Source: Eledone cirrhosa
Lineage: Eukaryota
DNA: 64,000 nt
Reading direction: 5' to 3'
Assembly (NCBI GenBank): GCA_964016885.1
Contig: OZ024740.1
Coordinates: 269,514,001 to 269,578,000 of the forward strand
How positions within the stretch are numbered: position 1 is the first letter of the stretch; every line of letters begins with the position of its first letter. The position numbers and the translations under genes were made by a program. A model generated the notes under the pieces. It did not search any database and was not told the DNA's origin. It saw nothing but the letters and a program-made list of their open reading frames with translations. Of this stretch, positions 37,258 through 51,170 are shown piece by piece.

Positions 37258-37435
37258 TGTTTTTACTTTAGGCACAAGGCCAGCAATTACCCAGTGCATT
37301 ACTGGTACTTTATTTCATCGACCCCGTAAGGATGAAAGGCAAAGTCAACCTCGGCGGGATTTGAACTCAGATCGTAAAGGGACGTAACTATGCTGGAAAA
37401 CATGGCGTCCGACCCTCTACTGATACTGCCATCGA
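37258..37435 (-). mobile_element. MetaSINE-type copy
   Basis: Same family as 16545. Confidence 0.85.
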
Positions 37436-37596
37436 CCAAACTTATATATATATATCCTGACTCTTTTCCAATTACCCACTCGACTACCCTACATATTGAG
37501 TAGTCTGGTGCATTAAGGTCCACCTGATATCTTACCACATCCTCTTTATTATACATACATATATATTATAAATAGCTGGGACTCGACGACTGAGTG

Positions 37597-37644
<48 letters not shown>

Positions 37645-38419
37645 GTATATATATATATATATATATACTGAGAGATCAGTTGACTATAATCACATATAAC
37701 GTTTTATTTTGTAGACATTGCACCAACAAAGTTCCACATCATTGAAAATGGGATTGAGTAGGGAAGAATGCCTTAGTCTATCAAAGAATATTTAGCATGA
37801 AAAAAATGGCAATAAAATCATTGATAGAAGATCCCAATGATATTTCATTATGAAATAGTAATAAAAGCGCTCGTAAAATAACTGATAGCAATAAAATACC
37901 GTAAATGAGATAAATGAGCTCGGGAAATGTAATGGTAATAAATGTACAAATAAGAATATTAAAATGATAGAAGCTACGAAAGTTAGGCAATGTACTCTTT
38001 AACATTAGATTCAATGAGATGTTATATTCTGCAGGAATATAATTTGAAGAGAATTTTCCCCATAATTTAACTATTCTGGAAGGAAAAAAAAAGAAGTTTT
38101 CTGCATGGAAATTGCTGTGAGTTCATTGCCCATCCAAGAGGCACATATAACGGTTCACTAAATTTAATTAATCGTATTCTAATGACTGGTGGGATCTGGG
38201 AATGAAGCATAACGGAACACCTTCCATGGAAATAAGGGTAGGTAATGTTCAGATTTACAACAACCACTCGATGATAGAACAGCTGGAGCGTCGAAAAGAG
38301 ATAATTATCAATTAGATTAGGCTCTCTATTCTGTACTCTATTATGTGTGGATAGTACATGATTGGAGGTAACTATTTAAACATATGAGCAGTAAGCCATT
38401 TTTGTGCGGAATTGTCAGC

Positions 38420-39480
38420 ATACACTTTATTAATTACCCAACCTACAGACTAATACACCCTGCAGATAGAGAGTTCGGACAAGTTAGCAAGACTATACTT
38501 AGGAATATAATTAAGACCACACGGAAGTAATCCAACTTTACTCAGTGGGAAAAGAATGATGCAGTAATTAACTGGTTCAACTCTGACCAACATTAACAAG
38601 GCTAAATTCAGTCAGTTCGACATCACAGATTTTTATTCCTCGATCACACTAACACTTAGAAAACGCCATAGACATTGCCACTAAATGCACTAACGTTCAA
38701 GACATAGTCAGATGCATTATATCCCACTGTAGAGAAACCCTCCTTTTCAACAACGGAATAGCCTGGGTAAAAATATCAAATAATTCAGACCTATTCGATG
38801 TAACCATGGGGTATTTGATAGTGTTGATGTAAGCGATTTGGGGGGATTATATATTTTAGACACACGAGGGATTAAATTCCCCAACTTTCAATAGGGTTTG
38901 TGCCGACATGATGGTCTAACCCTGTTGAGCCATAAAAGTGACCATCACATAGGTACACTTAGGAAAAACTTGATAACCACCTAACGAGGTATTACAATAG
39001 CCACTAACTTCACTTGCATCAACTAGTTAGATGTTATTTTAGATATTTGCACACATACAAACGAACCATTCCATAAAGATCATGAAAAACTAACGTACAT
39101 ACAAAAACAGTCCTGCCACCCTCCTACGGTTTTTAAAAACCTCATTATGACATCAATAAGAGGATCTCTCATCTTTGATAGGGTGGGATGCTCGTGCAAT
39201 ATATCCGCGGTGGTATATGAAGCAGGGATAACCTCCGTCCAACCGAATCAGCAGTAAGGTGTTAAGGTGGGTATGTCGGAAGGTCGCTTCAAGTGCTGCC
39301 CCTAAACCATGATTACTTTAAAAAACCCGGATAAACGGAGAGCAATGAAGCTGGCAAGCCACGCCTGGTCCCTCAACAGTAAAATGTCATGTAATTGTGC
39401 ACCAATGAAGGGCGGAACATCTTAAGACGGCTACATACTACGAAAACCTACCCGAATACGAAGGCAGAATTTTTCAACCG
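38420..39480 (+). pseudogene. Decayed Naiad-type Penelope-like element (RT + GIY-YIG remnants)
   Basis: EFGQVSKTIL, QWEKNDAVINWF, FSQFDITDFYSSI, AWVK..LFDVTMG, GLYILD, SCHPP, VVYEAG..VGMSEGRFK, KLASHAWSL; many frameshifts and deletions. Confidence 0.8.
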
Positions 39481-39829
39481 CTATATCTTTACAACCCACA
39501 ATAAATTTCCCAACCATAAATACGTTCTTTCTCTTTCCATTAGAGCTACCATGTTGACCTTTAATCCTCACATACTCATACATAAAAAATTGTGAACTAA
39601 TGAACTGAGGAGTGTAATACCTTCCCCAATGAAACACGCATATTCGACATATATAATTGTTGTGAATGTCACCAAATGTTGTATATTACAACCCGTCCCT
39701 TTCAATATTTGTATGAACGTCCCTACAATATGACATTGCCTTTCTTTCAGATTGCGTACAAAATGCGCTAAAAATGTTGACATCTCTCCAGGAAGCAACC
39801 GCCCTTGTTGGCCTATATCTTAACGAGAG

Positions 39830-40466
39830 TGAAACAGAGTACAATATCAAACTGTACAGGCAACAACATCAAAGCAATTGATGGCAGTGATATCAAGCAA
39901 GTCGAGGATTTAAAGTATCTTGGATCCTCGATCATGGATTCTTGGAAGGATTTTGTCACCAGAAAGGCCCTAGCATGGTCAGCTTGCAACAAGATGGATC
40001 GAGTTTGGTGCTGAAATGTTTCCAACCTCACCAAAAATCAAACTCTTACAAGTAACAATTCAACCAATTTTACTATATGGATGTGAAACATGGACGCTTT
40101 CAACCAAACAGCAAAAGCACCTTGATGGCACCTACACTCACCTACTTCGACGCATTCAGAACATAAGCTGGTGACATCTGACTTTGAAAGAGATATATGC
40201 CGGCCTCCCATGCATATCTGTCGTACGTAAAAGGAGAATAAAATTTGCAAGTCACTGCCATCGTGCCACCTATGAAGCTGTGCCCCCATTAGTGCTTTGG
40301 AAACAACAAACAGTCACTAGTAACAGGGGCCGCAAGCTCTCCTATCCTGATGTTATCTTTAGAGATTGTGGTATTGAAACCCAGGACTTGGCAACAACAA
40401 TTAACGACAGACCCACGTGGACATCAATTGTGGAGTCGATTTCGGCTAAGGCCGCCAGATAATGAT
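39830..40466 (+). mobile_element. RTE-group LINE 3' fragment
   Basis: VEDLKYLGS, RKALAWSACNKM, ILLYGCETWTL, LDGTYTHLLR, RRIKFASHCHR. Confidence 0.85.
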
Positions 40467-40571
40467 ATATATATATATACATACATATATATATACAGTA
40501 CATACATGCACCCACACACACGCATATATATATATATATATGTATATACATTCATATATATATATACACTC

Positions 40572-40619
<48 letters not shown>

Positions 40620-40621
40620 AC

Positions 40622-40655
<34 letters not shown>

Positions 40656-40657
40656 AT

Positions 40658-40720
<63 letters not shown>

Positions 40721-41422
40721 TATATATATATATATATACATATATATAAGTGGAAACTTAGTAAAATCGAAGCTTTGGCTGTGGGCAAGCAAAGTCGACC
40801 TACAATAGGAATGAGTTAGCAAAGCACTCAATAAGGGTAGGTCCTTAGAGTAATAACATACGTTTAAATAGCTTGACAAATTGAACATTGCGGTAGGCAA
40901 AACCCAACCATGCAATACCAAAGTAACGAAACAACACACCTTCACAAATCAAACAATATACGTCTGAAGTGTTTCTATGAATCCGAAATCATTTATCCAA
41001 CTTACGTAACACGCAAGCTTCTGGTATTCCATGATCGAGCAGAGGATGCATTTCATCAACAGGGATTCCGTTCTGCCTCAAAGCGGTGTGAACAAACTAA
41101 ATGCGGCCGCTAAGAATGCAGCCAGCGAACACTTCGTTGTCACGTGTTTATTTCCAACAAGGGAAGCAACTCCCGGTTTATGGAGGGTAAATTCAAAGTG
41201 TTAACAAGGTAAATATTCCGAATAAAAGCTCTCAACCAGATGTTATTAAACAAACACAAATAATTAACCAATCAACAGAATTGTCTAATTAAATTAATTA
41301 GTTAATTATTAAATCTAGGAGAATATAATACAAGTGGATATATATATATAGAAGTGGTTACACAACAGTTAGTTCACCATACCGAGAACAATTGTTTCAC
41401 CTTAGCGGTATATATATACGAG

Positions 41423-41458
<36 letters not shown>

Positions 41459-41596
41459 GTAGTAATAAATAATGTTATTATTAATATTTGGAGTATTAAA
41501 ACTGGTTAACCGAATGGTTGAAATCTCAATGCATTGGGTTTCACCCACAAGTCTTATATATTACTTTCAAAAACACCAAAGATTCAAGGCAGAAAC

Positions 41597-41708
<112 letters not shown>

Positions 41709-42284
41709 ATATATATATTAAACATACACATACACACACGCGCACAGATATACACGCACCCCCCTCACACACATATACAGATTAAATAAATATTTATTCA
41801 CTTAGTATTTACTTGACAAGATGATTGGACGGTCAATGTGCTACGATTATTATTCAAGCAGATCCAATAAATCCGAGGTAGTTACATTAAAAGATTGTTC
41901 TGATCCCAGCAAATTCTTTGATTTTCCTTTCAATACTTATACAAACCAGCCCGTTAATTTCATCAAGTTGGTTCAGTGACAAGTTTTACTCCTACTGTAC
42001 TGTCATAAGTTGTTCCAAAACTCCTGGATCAGCTCAGACTATATGTGTTCTCTCCCTATCATTGGAGCATCCTTAAAGGTGTTTCGGTATTGAAATTGGG
42101 AAGAGAAGCTGAGTAGATTGAATATATTTCCCACTCACCATAATAAAACTCGGAGATTATATGTATGTAATGTATAAAATTTATACATAATACTCCCTTC
42201 CGATATTTTAACCTTACGCTTAATTCCCCCGAAACACACACACACATACACCAACACAGACACCCACAAACACACACACACGCA

Positions 42285-42347
<63 letters not shown>

Positions 42348-43721
42348 CTTTCACCGTATTTTTGACTAAAGGAATTTTAGCCTGATAATGGGGTTTAGAA
42401 GCCTCAGATAAATGGAAAAAGATGAGTATTGACGTACCTAGGTTTGATGGCCTTATTCTCTCTCGTCCACGATTTCACAGAACTTATATTCATAGAAGTC
42501 TGGGACTTGACTCCTTCTTCCTCACTTTTCGTTGCATTACCAACTTTCATTGTTTACAGTCTCGCTCGTTCCCCTTATTTATGTGTCCCAACGACTTTCT
42601 TTAGCTGTTGCTCGCACCAACCGGAGGTATATGGTCTTTAAAGCGATGAAATACCAATGAAGGTTGGAAGATCACTGATGAAGGACTAACTTTATTCATA
42701 TGTAACCCATTTGCAACCACGCAGCACGTTTTGTTTTCATATATATTTATATATATATATATATATATAAAGAAAAGTAAGTATATATAACCATACACAT
42801 ATGCCTATATATATTTCCATATACAGGTGCATATACACTTCATTGATACAGACTAGTTTTAAATGAAAGTCCATAAAGGAAGATTACACTAAAGGTGAGA
42901 AGATTTAAGCAGAATCATAGAGCGCTGAAATGTACATTCATACCTTAGATATTTCCACCCTAAAGATAATACGGAATGAATATGCACGTTTTATATAGAA
43001 TCTTGAATTTAAAAAAAAAGGTTAAGGACACATTAGATATACTGAGTCGAAGGAAAATCAGGCGATTATGACCAAAATGCTCTGATCTTGATCAGGAGCT
43101 GAGCCCAGCGAACGATGTTGTTTCAGGCCGCAGTTGACGTAGTTTGATTGTTCCTTTATTGACGATGAGCATTCAGCTGTTCGGTCAACTAAACATTCTA
43201 ATCATTAAATGAATGTGCATCTGACTAAGTATTTCACAGACACATGCACAAGTAACGTAATATCCAAGTCGAATAAGAGTGACACAATATGTAACAAGAC
43301 TGAACTTTTGAATTACAGATACAATCCATTCAATTTCACTCACAAGGCTTGGATTGAACCGAAGCTATGGTAAATACACTTACTCAAGATGCTGCGCCGT
43401 GAGATCGAGCTCAGTAACGAACTTCTTAATCCCCCAGCCATGCCTACATGTGCCCTAAAATAGTTCCCAGTGGATGCAAGGATGGCTGTGTGGTTAATTA
43501 GTTTTAACCACAGGGTTCTTGGCTCGATCCCATTACGGGTAAAATCCGTGGGTTGATCTTATGGCTAGAGGATTACATTACTTTTCGTGACAGAGCGCTA
43601 CAATTTTTTCTTCTTAATTTGGGATAGTTGATAATTTAAATTTTCAATTTTTAATGTTAAGAATCCCTTTGAATATTATTAAATTATAAAAAAAGTAAAT
43701 TAGAAGTAACCTGCAGGTAAT

Positions 43722-43765
<44 letters not shown>

Positions 43766-44689
43766 TGAATGAAAAAATGGCGTGCTGCGTTGTTGCCAGT
43801 GTGATACATATGAATGAAAATAGACCGAGAAACGGGACTGTCCATCATCAGTAGTCTGCTGATTATCATTGGTATTTCTTTGCATTAAAGACTATATATA
43901 TATTATGATAATCAGTGTAGGCTCATCCAACCAATCGACCAATAATGTTGTAATCAGGCGGAAACTCGCGACATCACGGATGACACGGCACCATATCATG
44001 AAAAGCAAACTTTGTCTTTATTTAGATTCGAACTGCCTGTCTGATGAAAACGTATGGAATAATCGTTGAATAACGATTTTTCTGTAACTTTAAAATGTGC
44101 ATAACAGGAACTTTTCTTTATATATATATTGAACATTTTGCTATATATATATATTGAACACTTTGCATTACATATATAGCAACATTTTCAATTTCGGCTA
44201 TTTTCTTACATTATCTGCTTCGTTTTGAAAATTCAGTGCTAAATGAAACTTATTTTGCAAACCTAGGTTGACCAATGCCGTTGAGTGTAATTTGGTAGAT
44301 GGACAGACACTGGGGAAGTCTTCCCGTCTTATACACACACACACACGTGCAAATGTATGCATGCAAACACACACACATACACAAACACACACACAAACAC
44401 CAACAAAAATAGACTCAGAGACGTAACTAGGATATAGCAAGCATGGCACGTGCCATGAGCTCCACTTGAATGTAAGGGGGGTCATTTGGACTCGGATTAC
44501 TTTCTATTAAAGTTAGATAAACTATTATCGGAGAGTAAGAAAAGAAACTTCAGATGTATGATCTGTCTTTGATTATCATAGGTGGCTGAATCATGGGTGT
44601 CAGATATTTGGGCAGGGGCACATTTTCACTGCTTGCCATAGGCGTTATTTTCCCTAGTTACGCCTCTGGATATTGAACATTATGTAATT

Positions 44690-44985
44690 TTGGATATACT
44701 ATGTCTGGGAGGGCCTCGCAGCTGACCGGACAAGATGGGTGAACACCCTGAATCAACGCCTCATGACGAGGGAGAAGAGGTTGATGACTGCAGCAGCGGA
44801 CAGGAGAGCCTGGCGAAAGGAGCGCAATAAATCCAACAGGCTCGAGACCATTTGTAGATGTGTTCAATGTGACAGAGATTGTCACTCACGTATAGGTCTG
44901 TTTAGCCACCGGAGACGCTGCTCCAGCCGTGCTGACAACAGGATATTACCCACAGTCAGCCCTGACCGAAGGGGGCCTTAGCAGT
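44690..44985 (+). mobile_element. RTE (BovB-like) extreme 3' fragment
   Basis: WEGLAADRTRW..CVQCDRDCHSRIGLFSHRRRC. Confidence 0.8.
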
Positions 44986-45024
44986 AGTATGTCTGAAAAA
45001 GAATCTGGAACATTTTTTATGATA

Positions 45025-45227
45025 GTGGTTGATTGGCAGAGTCATCAAAGCGTCAGACAGACGCTTAGCACCATTTGTTCTGACTCTTTACGTTCTGAGT
45101 TCAAATTCCGCCAAGGTCGATAAAATAAAGTACCAGTCAAATACTGGGAGGAGGGGTTATATAATTGATTTCCCTTTCCCCCACTCTCGAAATTGCTGGC
45201 TTTGTAATTAAATTATAAATCATTATA
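45025..45227 (+). mobile_element. Diverged MetaSINE-type copy
   Basis: ttggcagagtc.., GAGTTCAAATTCC, gtcgataaaataagtaccagt, ...aaatcattat. Confidence 0.7.
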
Positions 45228-45402
45228 GATCTGTTTAATTAAGGTGAACCTGGAGTTAAACAACAACAAACACTAATCGTAGTTCTAGGGAATGTAATTA
45301 TTTTTTCAGGGCTTGTTTTTACGACAGCAAACATATTTTGTAGGAAAAGTCTACAGCATTGTTTTTAACAACCAACAAAGGAGTCTCTACATCTAGCAAG
45401 GG

Positions 45403-45900
45403 CAGGAGCGAAACTAGGGAAAATAGCGCCTATGGCAATCAGTGAAATTGCGCCCCTTCCCAGCTCTGTATTTTTACCTATGGGCCTAATAATTTATATA
45501 AATGATTTAATGATCCAGCGACCCTAGTGTTCTCACCCATGATAATCAGAGACATATCATACATTTAAAGGAGCTTCTTTTTTCAATTGACTTTTAATTT
45601 GTCTGGGAACTATTTTTGCTACAGAAAATAGATTTGTCTAAAGCATTTTTGCCTTTTATCCTGGTCAATAGATTGACAGTTTAAGATAATTAAGTGCTGG
45701 AGGCTGAACGCTCATCTAACAAATTTATTTTGCAATGCATTAAACATTTGTTTTAAAATTGTTTCGAGTTTGTTTCATATAAAAAGATATTTGGGAATTT
45801 TCGACAACGCTATTTTGATCTGTAGAGTGTCTTTGAGTAGAATTTCATTGAACGTTTATCACAAAGAAATCAGTTAAATTCCTTGCGGCATAATCTGGAG
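45403..45900. mobile_element. hAT-like terminal fragment; inverted sister fragment at ~44520-44668
   Basis: CAGGAGCGAAACTAGGGAAAATAGCGCCTATGGCAA matches the reverse complement of 44633-44668. Faint FPNI..ERS dimerisation-like motif on minus. Confidence 0.4.
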
Positions 45901-46879
45901 TGAAAAGCAACAAAATACATATTCACAAATCGTAAACCTAAATGAGGACGGACAAAATTTAAATATTAGAATTGATTCATTATAACGTAAATTAATAAAT
46001 GATTATTCTTGGATTACAAATAAGAGATAAAGCTCTCTTAGACAATTGAAAATATTCAATTGCGTTTCCTTTGGCTATGGATAATATTAACGAAAGAATA
46101 CTAACATATCATAAAAATTACTATATGTTTGGATATTGATTTCTCTGTACGAAATTATCGAATAAAATTTGCAGTAAAAATTGGAAGCCGGGATTAATTG
46201 AATTTATTTGTCTTCATGAAGCGAAATATTTGAACTGATATATTGCATTAATGTTTAGTATTTGTATTTTTAACTATATTATTATATAATAAAATACATT
46301 CTTTTCATGATATATGAGGTAAATGTTGTATAGTTATATTTAATTTGTAAAACAGCTAGCTTAACATTATCTGATGTACTGATTAAATATCAGGACAAAA
46401 TTGTAAATCATTTACTTACTCCATAACAAAAATTACAGAAGTGATTATTAATCCATTTATCAAGACACCACGAAATTATACAGACACAAGTGCATTTGTT
46501 TAGATTGGGAAAATACAATATCGTCACTGATAACAAGAAATGATGTACAAAATTATTATGCTTTTAAACAAAAATCCAAATGAGCTTTTATGCATTTCTT
46601 ACACACAGTCATTACAATGGAACGAATCACGGTTGAATATTTACAATTGACAATTTTTAATGTGATGACAATGTTAAGAACAATGATGACCAGTCCCAAC
46701 AACATAAATGTTACTAGTTATAGATATGAGAATGTGGAGTGAGGTTATGGTGTTGTTGCTTTAACTTCTCACATATTTGCTGTCCATTTGTAAAGAAAAA
46801 AAGCTTAACCATCTCTCTCAACTGCTAGTCAGTTCACTGGAGAACAGCAACAACAACAGCAACAGCACCAACCGCAACA

Positions 46880-47330
46880 ATAATTTGGGGGGAGGGGAAA
46901 GTCGATTAAATCGACCCCAGTGTATTACTGATGCTTTATTTTATCGACCTCGTAAGGAGGAGAGGCAAATTTAACTACGGTGGAATTTGAAATCAGAACG
47001 TGTAGAACCGTAACTCTATGCTGCAAAGCTTGATGTCTGACGCTCTGCCGATACTGTCAATCCACTGACAATCTACTGACAATCCAATAATAATAATTGT
47101 TTCTACTTTTGGCACAAGGTCAGTAATTACCCAGTACATTACTGGTACTTTATTTTATCGACCCTGTAAGGATGAAAGGCATTTGAACTCAGAACATAAA
47201 TCCAATAATAACAATAATCTTTTCTACTTTAGACACAAGGACAGCAATTTTGGGGGAGGGAAAAGCCAATTACTGGTGCTTTATTTTATCGACCCCATAA
47301 GGATCAAAGGATGAAAGGTAAAGTTAGCAT
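46880..47330 (-). mobile_element. Stack of three MetaSINE-type copies separated by (AAT)n tracts
   Basis: Cores at ~46930, ~47140 and ~47275; aataataat linkers. Confidence 0.8.
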
Positions 47331-48867
47331 CGTCTTGGACTGGGGACGTTTAATCTGAGAGAATAGTATTTGACAGCAACAAAACATTTCCAATTATAAG
47401 TGAGATGTTGGACATGAAGCCCTAAAAAGCTGAAAAGACTGAAGGAGAAGTGTGTATTGATGTTTACCACATATAATTAATGTATAAACATGTTCAATTG
47501 GTAAGTGATTTCATCGCACGAGTAAAGCTACCGGAGTACAGTTTATATCAACACCAAGTCTCGGAATCGAATCAACGGGTAGTCGATAAAAATGAGTGTA
47601 CTAAAAGAAGAACCGATTTTTACGTCTCAAGTTTCGCCACTAAAAAAAGTATAGGCATAAATGTAAATGATAGAAATACGTTTTTAGGTACTTTTATTGT
47701 CTTTTGTATATACAGAAAAGAAACTATTACAAGAGAAATAAAGTGTCTGCAACTATTTCACTAACTCTATCACTACAGACAGAAATCGAAATCAGATCAT
47801 TGACTGAAGATCTTGACGCGCCCACTATCTTCCCATTGCAATCAATAAACTATGGTATGAATCAATATGTTTAATTAAAACCGAAGTTCTTTTCGTTTAT
47901 CTTCATAATCATTGCGAAATGGATGTTTACTATAAAACAATCTTCTGAAGTGTGATAGAGTTGACGCATGACTAAATGTATCAAAGTTGGATATCAGTAT
48001 ATCGAAATGCTTCTGTAAAAACATTATTTTAATATGATTAGCCTCAGGCTATTGAAGTGTTGAATAATAGAATGATTCCCTATAATGGTAAATTCTTGAC
48101 TTTTTGTTTACTGTACTGATATGTTTGTGTATTTTTACGAAAACAGCTACTTCCAATGTAAAGTTATTGAAATAGAATTTGATTAAAGAAAATTAGCGCC
48201 CATACACCAGACATAATTATAAAGTTCGTAAAAAGAAAAGAAAAGAAGAAAAACACAGTTTTAAACAATTTCCAATGCTTAAATGGAATTATTTGTAAGT
48301 TAAATCTTAAATATTTATAGAAGAAGATTGTTTGTTCAAAGGTTTGCAGAATGGAAAACAAATCTGATTAGCGTTCGAAATGAAGATGTCACGTAATCTT
48401 AAATCTTATCTTCAAGTCAGTATCATTGTGTTAATTTAGTAGAATTAAATCTATCCGATCAAATCTTCTCAATTCATTCGTTGCTTTTATATTTGGCAAC
48501 ATTATATTAGCTGGTTGGAAAACAGGAGTGTTGATTTCTTTCACAAGGTTTCATCAGGTGTAAATTTGAATATCGCCCTTGGATATATGTTGAGACTAGG
48601 TGTGGTAGTTTCTAAAGGTGCAGCGTCATACATTAATACGGTACGAGAAGGTGGTAAATATGAGGAATAGCCACTAAAATAGTCTCATGCCTTGTAAGAT
48701 ATATATATATATAGATCGACAAGATCCCAGACCTCATTCGCTTAACGACTGGGGTGGAGCTCGTCAAATCAAACAGAAGAAACAATGTTTCCATTGTTCT
48801 TTCCAATCATTAATACTATCTGTCGGTCGCAACTCTAGACAGAAGGAGCATCGTGAAATATATATAT

Positions 48868-48984
<117 letters not shown>

Positions 48985-49629
48985 CACTTATACATATATT
49001 GTATTACGAATAAAATAATATATTTTCCAATTTACAGATCATAAATCGATAGTTTTCTAATGTGTGAGCATGAGCGTTGAGTGATGCTAAAGTTAATGAG
49101 TCTAGATTACGATCCACGTAATAAAAAAAAAATTAAAGAGTACTCGTTGGACTTTACATAAGTCTTGGTCCAAATCAACCTCCAAATATAAACACTATCC
49201 ACAATATATGGATAGCTATATGAGTTTAAGTTTCTTTTGGGATAGAGATAAAAACGCACATTGGCCTATATATTTGAATCATGGCGTGAATGCAGCATGC
49301 CTCATTGATTAAGATGCCTGCTTCGCAATCATAAGGTCCCTGGTTTAATCCACCAGCGTCGCATCTTGGGCAATTGGCATTTACCACAATATCAGACCTA
49401 CTTAAACTATGTGAGTGAAATTGAGAAACGGAAACGTTTTAGAACTCCGTCAGATTGAACTGAACCTGTAATTCAAATGATCCCAATTGTTATAGTGCGG
49501 AATTCTCAGCTACTTGTGCGTTAATTCCATAAGCCGTCTGCTATATTGATCTAATAATTGAAACACTCATCGTCGATACCGATGGAAGTCCTTTCTATAA
49601 ACGTGGGCAAGGGAGTTTCAATTCCTTTA

Positions 49630-50205
49630 TTATTCTAAGCAAGATTAAAAGATATCTGGTATCAACACAGGAACTTTGGTATCGAAAATTGAATGACATT
49701 TTCAGATAAGTTGAACATTGTATTTAACCATATAGCGGAATTGGCTGCTCTACGAACAAAACCACATACAAAAGCTGAAAATTGATTTAGCCTGCCAGCA
49801 GTCGGATTCCCAAAACTTTAGTGATGGCGTTAAATGTGAAAATTCCTTTGAATGATGATGCAATCTGTAGATGAATAGCTCATATGTCAATTAATAATGA
49901 GAAGCGCGTTTCTGAAATTATGAAAATTTCTCAATTCAAGTTGATGAATCAGCCGACGTTGCTGGAAAATCAGAGCTGTTTGACTATTACATTCAGTCAT
50001 AAACAAATTGATAATCGTACCAGAGAACAATATATTTTATAGCTTTGTCGGTATATTTGGAAAACAATTGAGATTTCAATAGATTTATGTATTGTAATTT
50101 CTACGAACAGAGCTCCATATTGTTTAGGGAATACGAATATGAATGTCATAAATCATATGGAAAAATCAGAGGTTATATGAACTCACTGTTTTGTATACAC
50201 GGATT
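49630..50205 (+). pseudogene. hAT (Charlie/Buster, ZBED5/SCAND3-like) transposase remnant
   Basis: HIAELAALRTKPHTKAEN, VKIPLNDDAICR, FSIQVDESADVAG resemble the KPHTIGE, IPLSNNTV and FSLQLDESTD motifs. Confidence 0.65.
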
Positions 50206-50289
50206 GTAAATAAGCCTGTTTGAGTCATAAAAGCAAAACCTCTAATGGGCGGTTATTTGCTCATTTCTATAAAGTTTGGAGATCAAAAC

Positions 50290-50460
50290 ATAATTATTTC
50301 TACTTTTGGCACAAGGCCAGCAATTATTCCAGTGCATTACTGGTACTTTATTTCATCGACCCCATAAGGATGAAAAGCAAAGTTAACGTCGGCGGGATTT
50401 GAACTCAGACCATAAAGGGCCGTAACTCTTTGCTGCAAAGCATGGCGTCCGACCCTCTAC
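50290..50460 (-). mobile_element. MetaSINE-type copy
   Basis: Same family as 16545. Confidence 0.85.
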
Positions 50461-50672
50461 CTCACATAATGACTAGTTCCGCACTCAGTGTTTTGCTGGT
50501 TGTTCTATAGAAAAGTCTAAGATTCCTATAGATATACAATCGTTCTTACAACATTAGTTACAAAAATGATTGTATATCTGTAGGAATGCAATAATCTATT
50601 GTTAAACAAAAACGACAACATAATTGTTCAGCAAATAAAGGGAATGCAATGCTGATAAAGAAAAGCGAAAGC

Positions 50673-51170
50673 GACAATATACGCAGCCGAGAATACAGAG
50701 ATAATGTAATGAATGATGTGCTCATACGCGGAGATACTATACAATAGCTTATAAAATAGGGTGAAGACTCTTAAAAGACGGAAAAATAAGTGGCAATCGG
50801 CTGCTATAAGGTATTAATATTACCCATATGTTCCCAGATAGTGGCTAGGTGTTTTACACCATTAAACTAAGGGATCGTGATAACTCCATACCGTCTTGTT
50901 AAGTAGATAGTTGAATAATAGCTTTCAGATGTCAGCAGACACAATTACAGACCGAGTGACAGATATATGTATGTAAAGAAACAATATACGTAGCCGATGT
51001 CTGGGACCTTTAAGCCCTAAGAATATAGAATTAATGTAAAGGATGATGTGTGCATGCGCAGAGATGTTATAAAATCGCTTATAAAATAGGGTGAAGACCC
51101 TTAAAAGACGGAAAAAGAAGTTGCCATCGACTGCTATAAGAAATTGAGCCCTATATCTCCCAGATACAAG
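50673..51170. repeat. Diverged local direct duplication (~150-bp core, ~310 bp apart)
   Basis: gcttataaaatagggtgaagac.cttaaaagacggaaaa at ~50747 and ~51077. Confidence 0.8.

Noticed and set aside
37781-38014. Hydrophobic 77-aa minus-strand ORF resembling a membrane protein
   Set aside because: F/I/L richness is expected from T-rich sequence; no family motifs.
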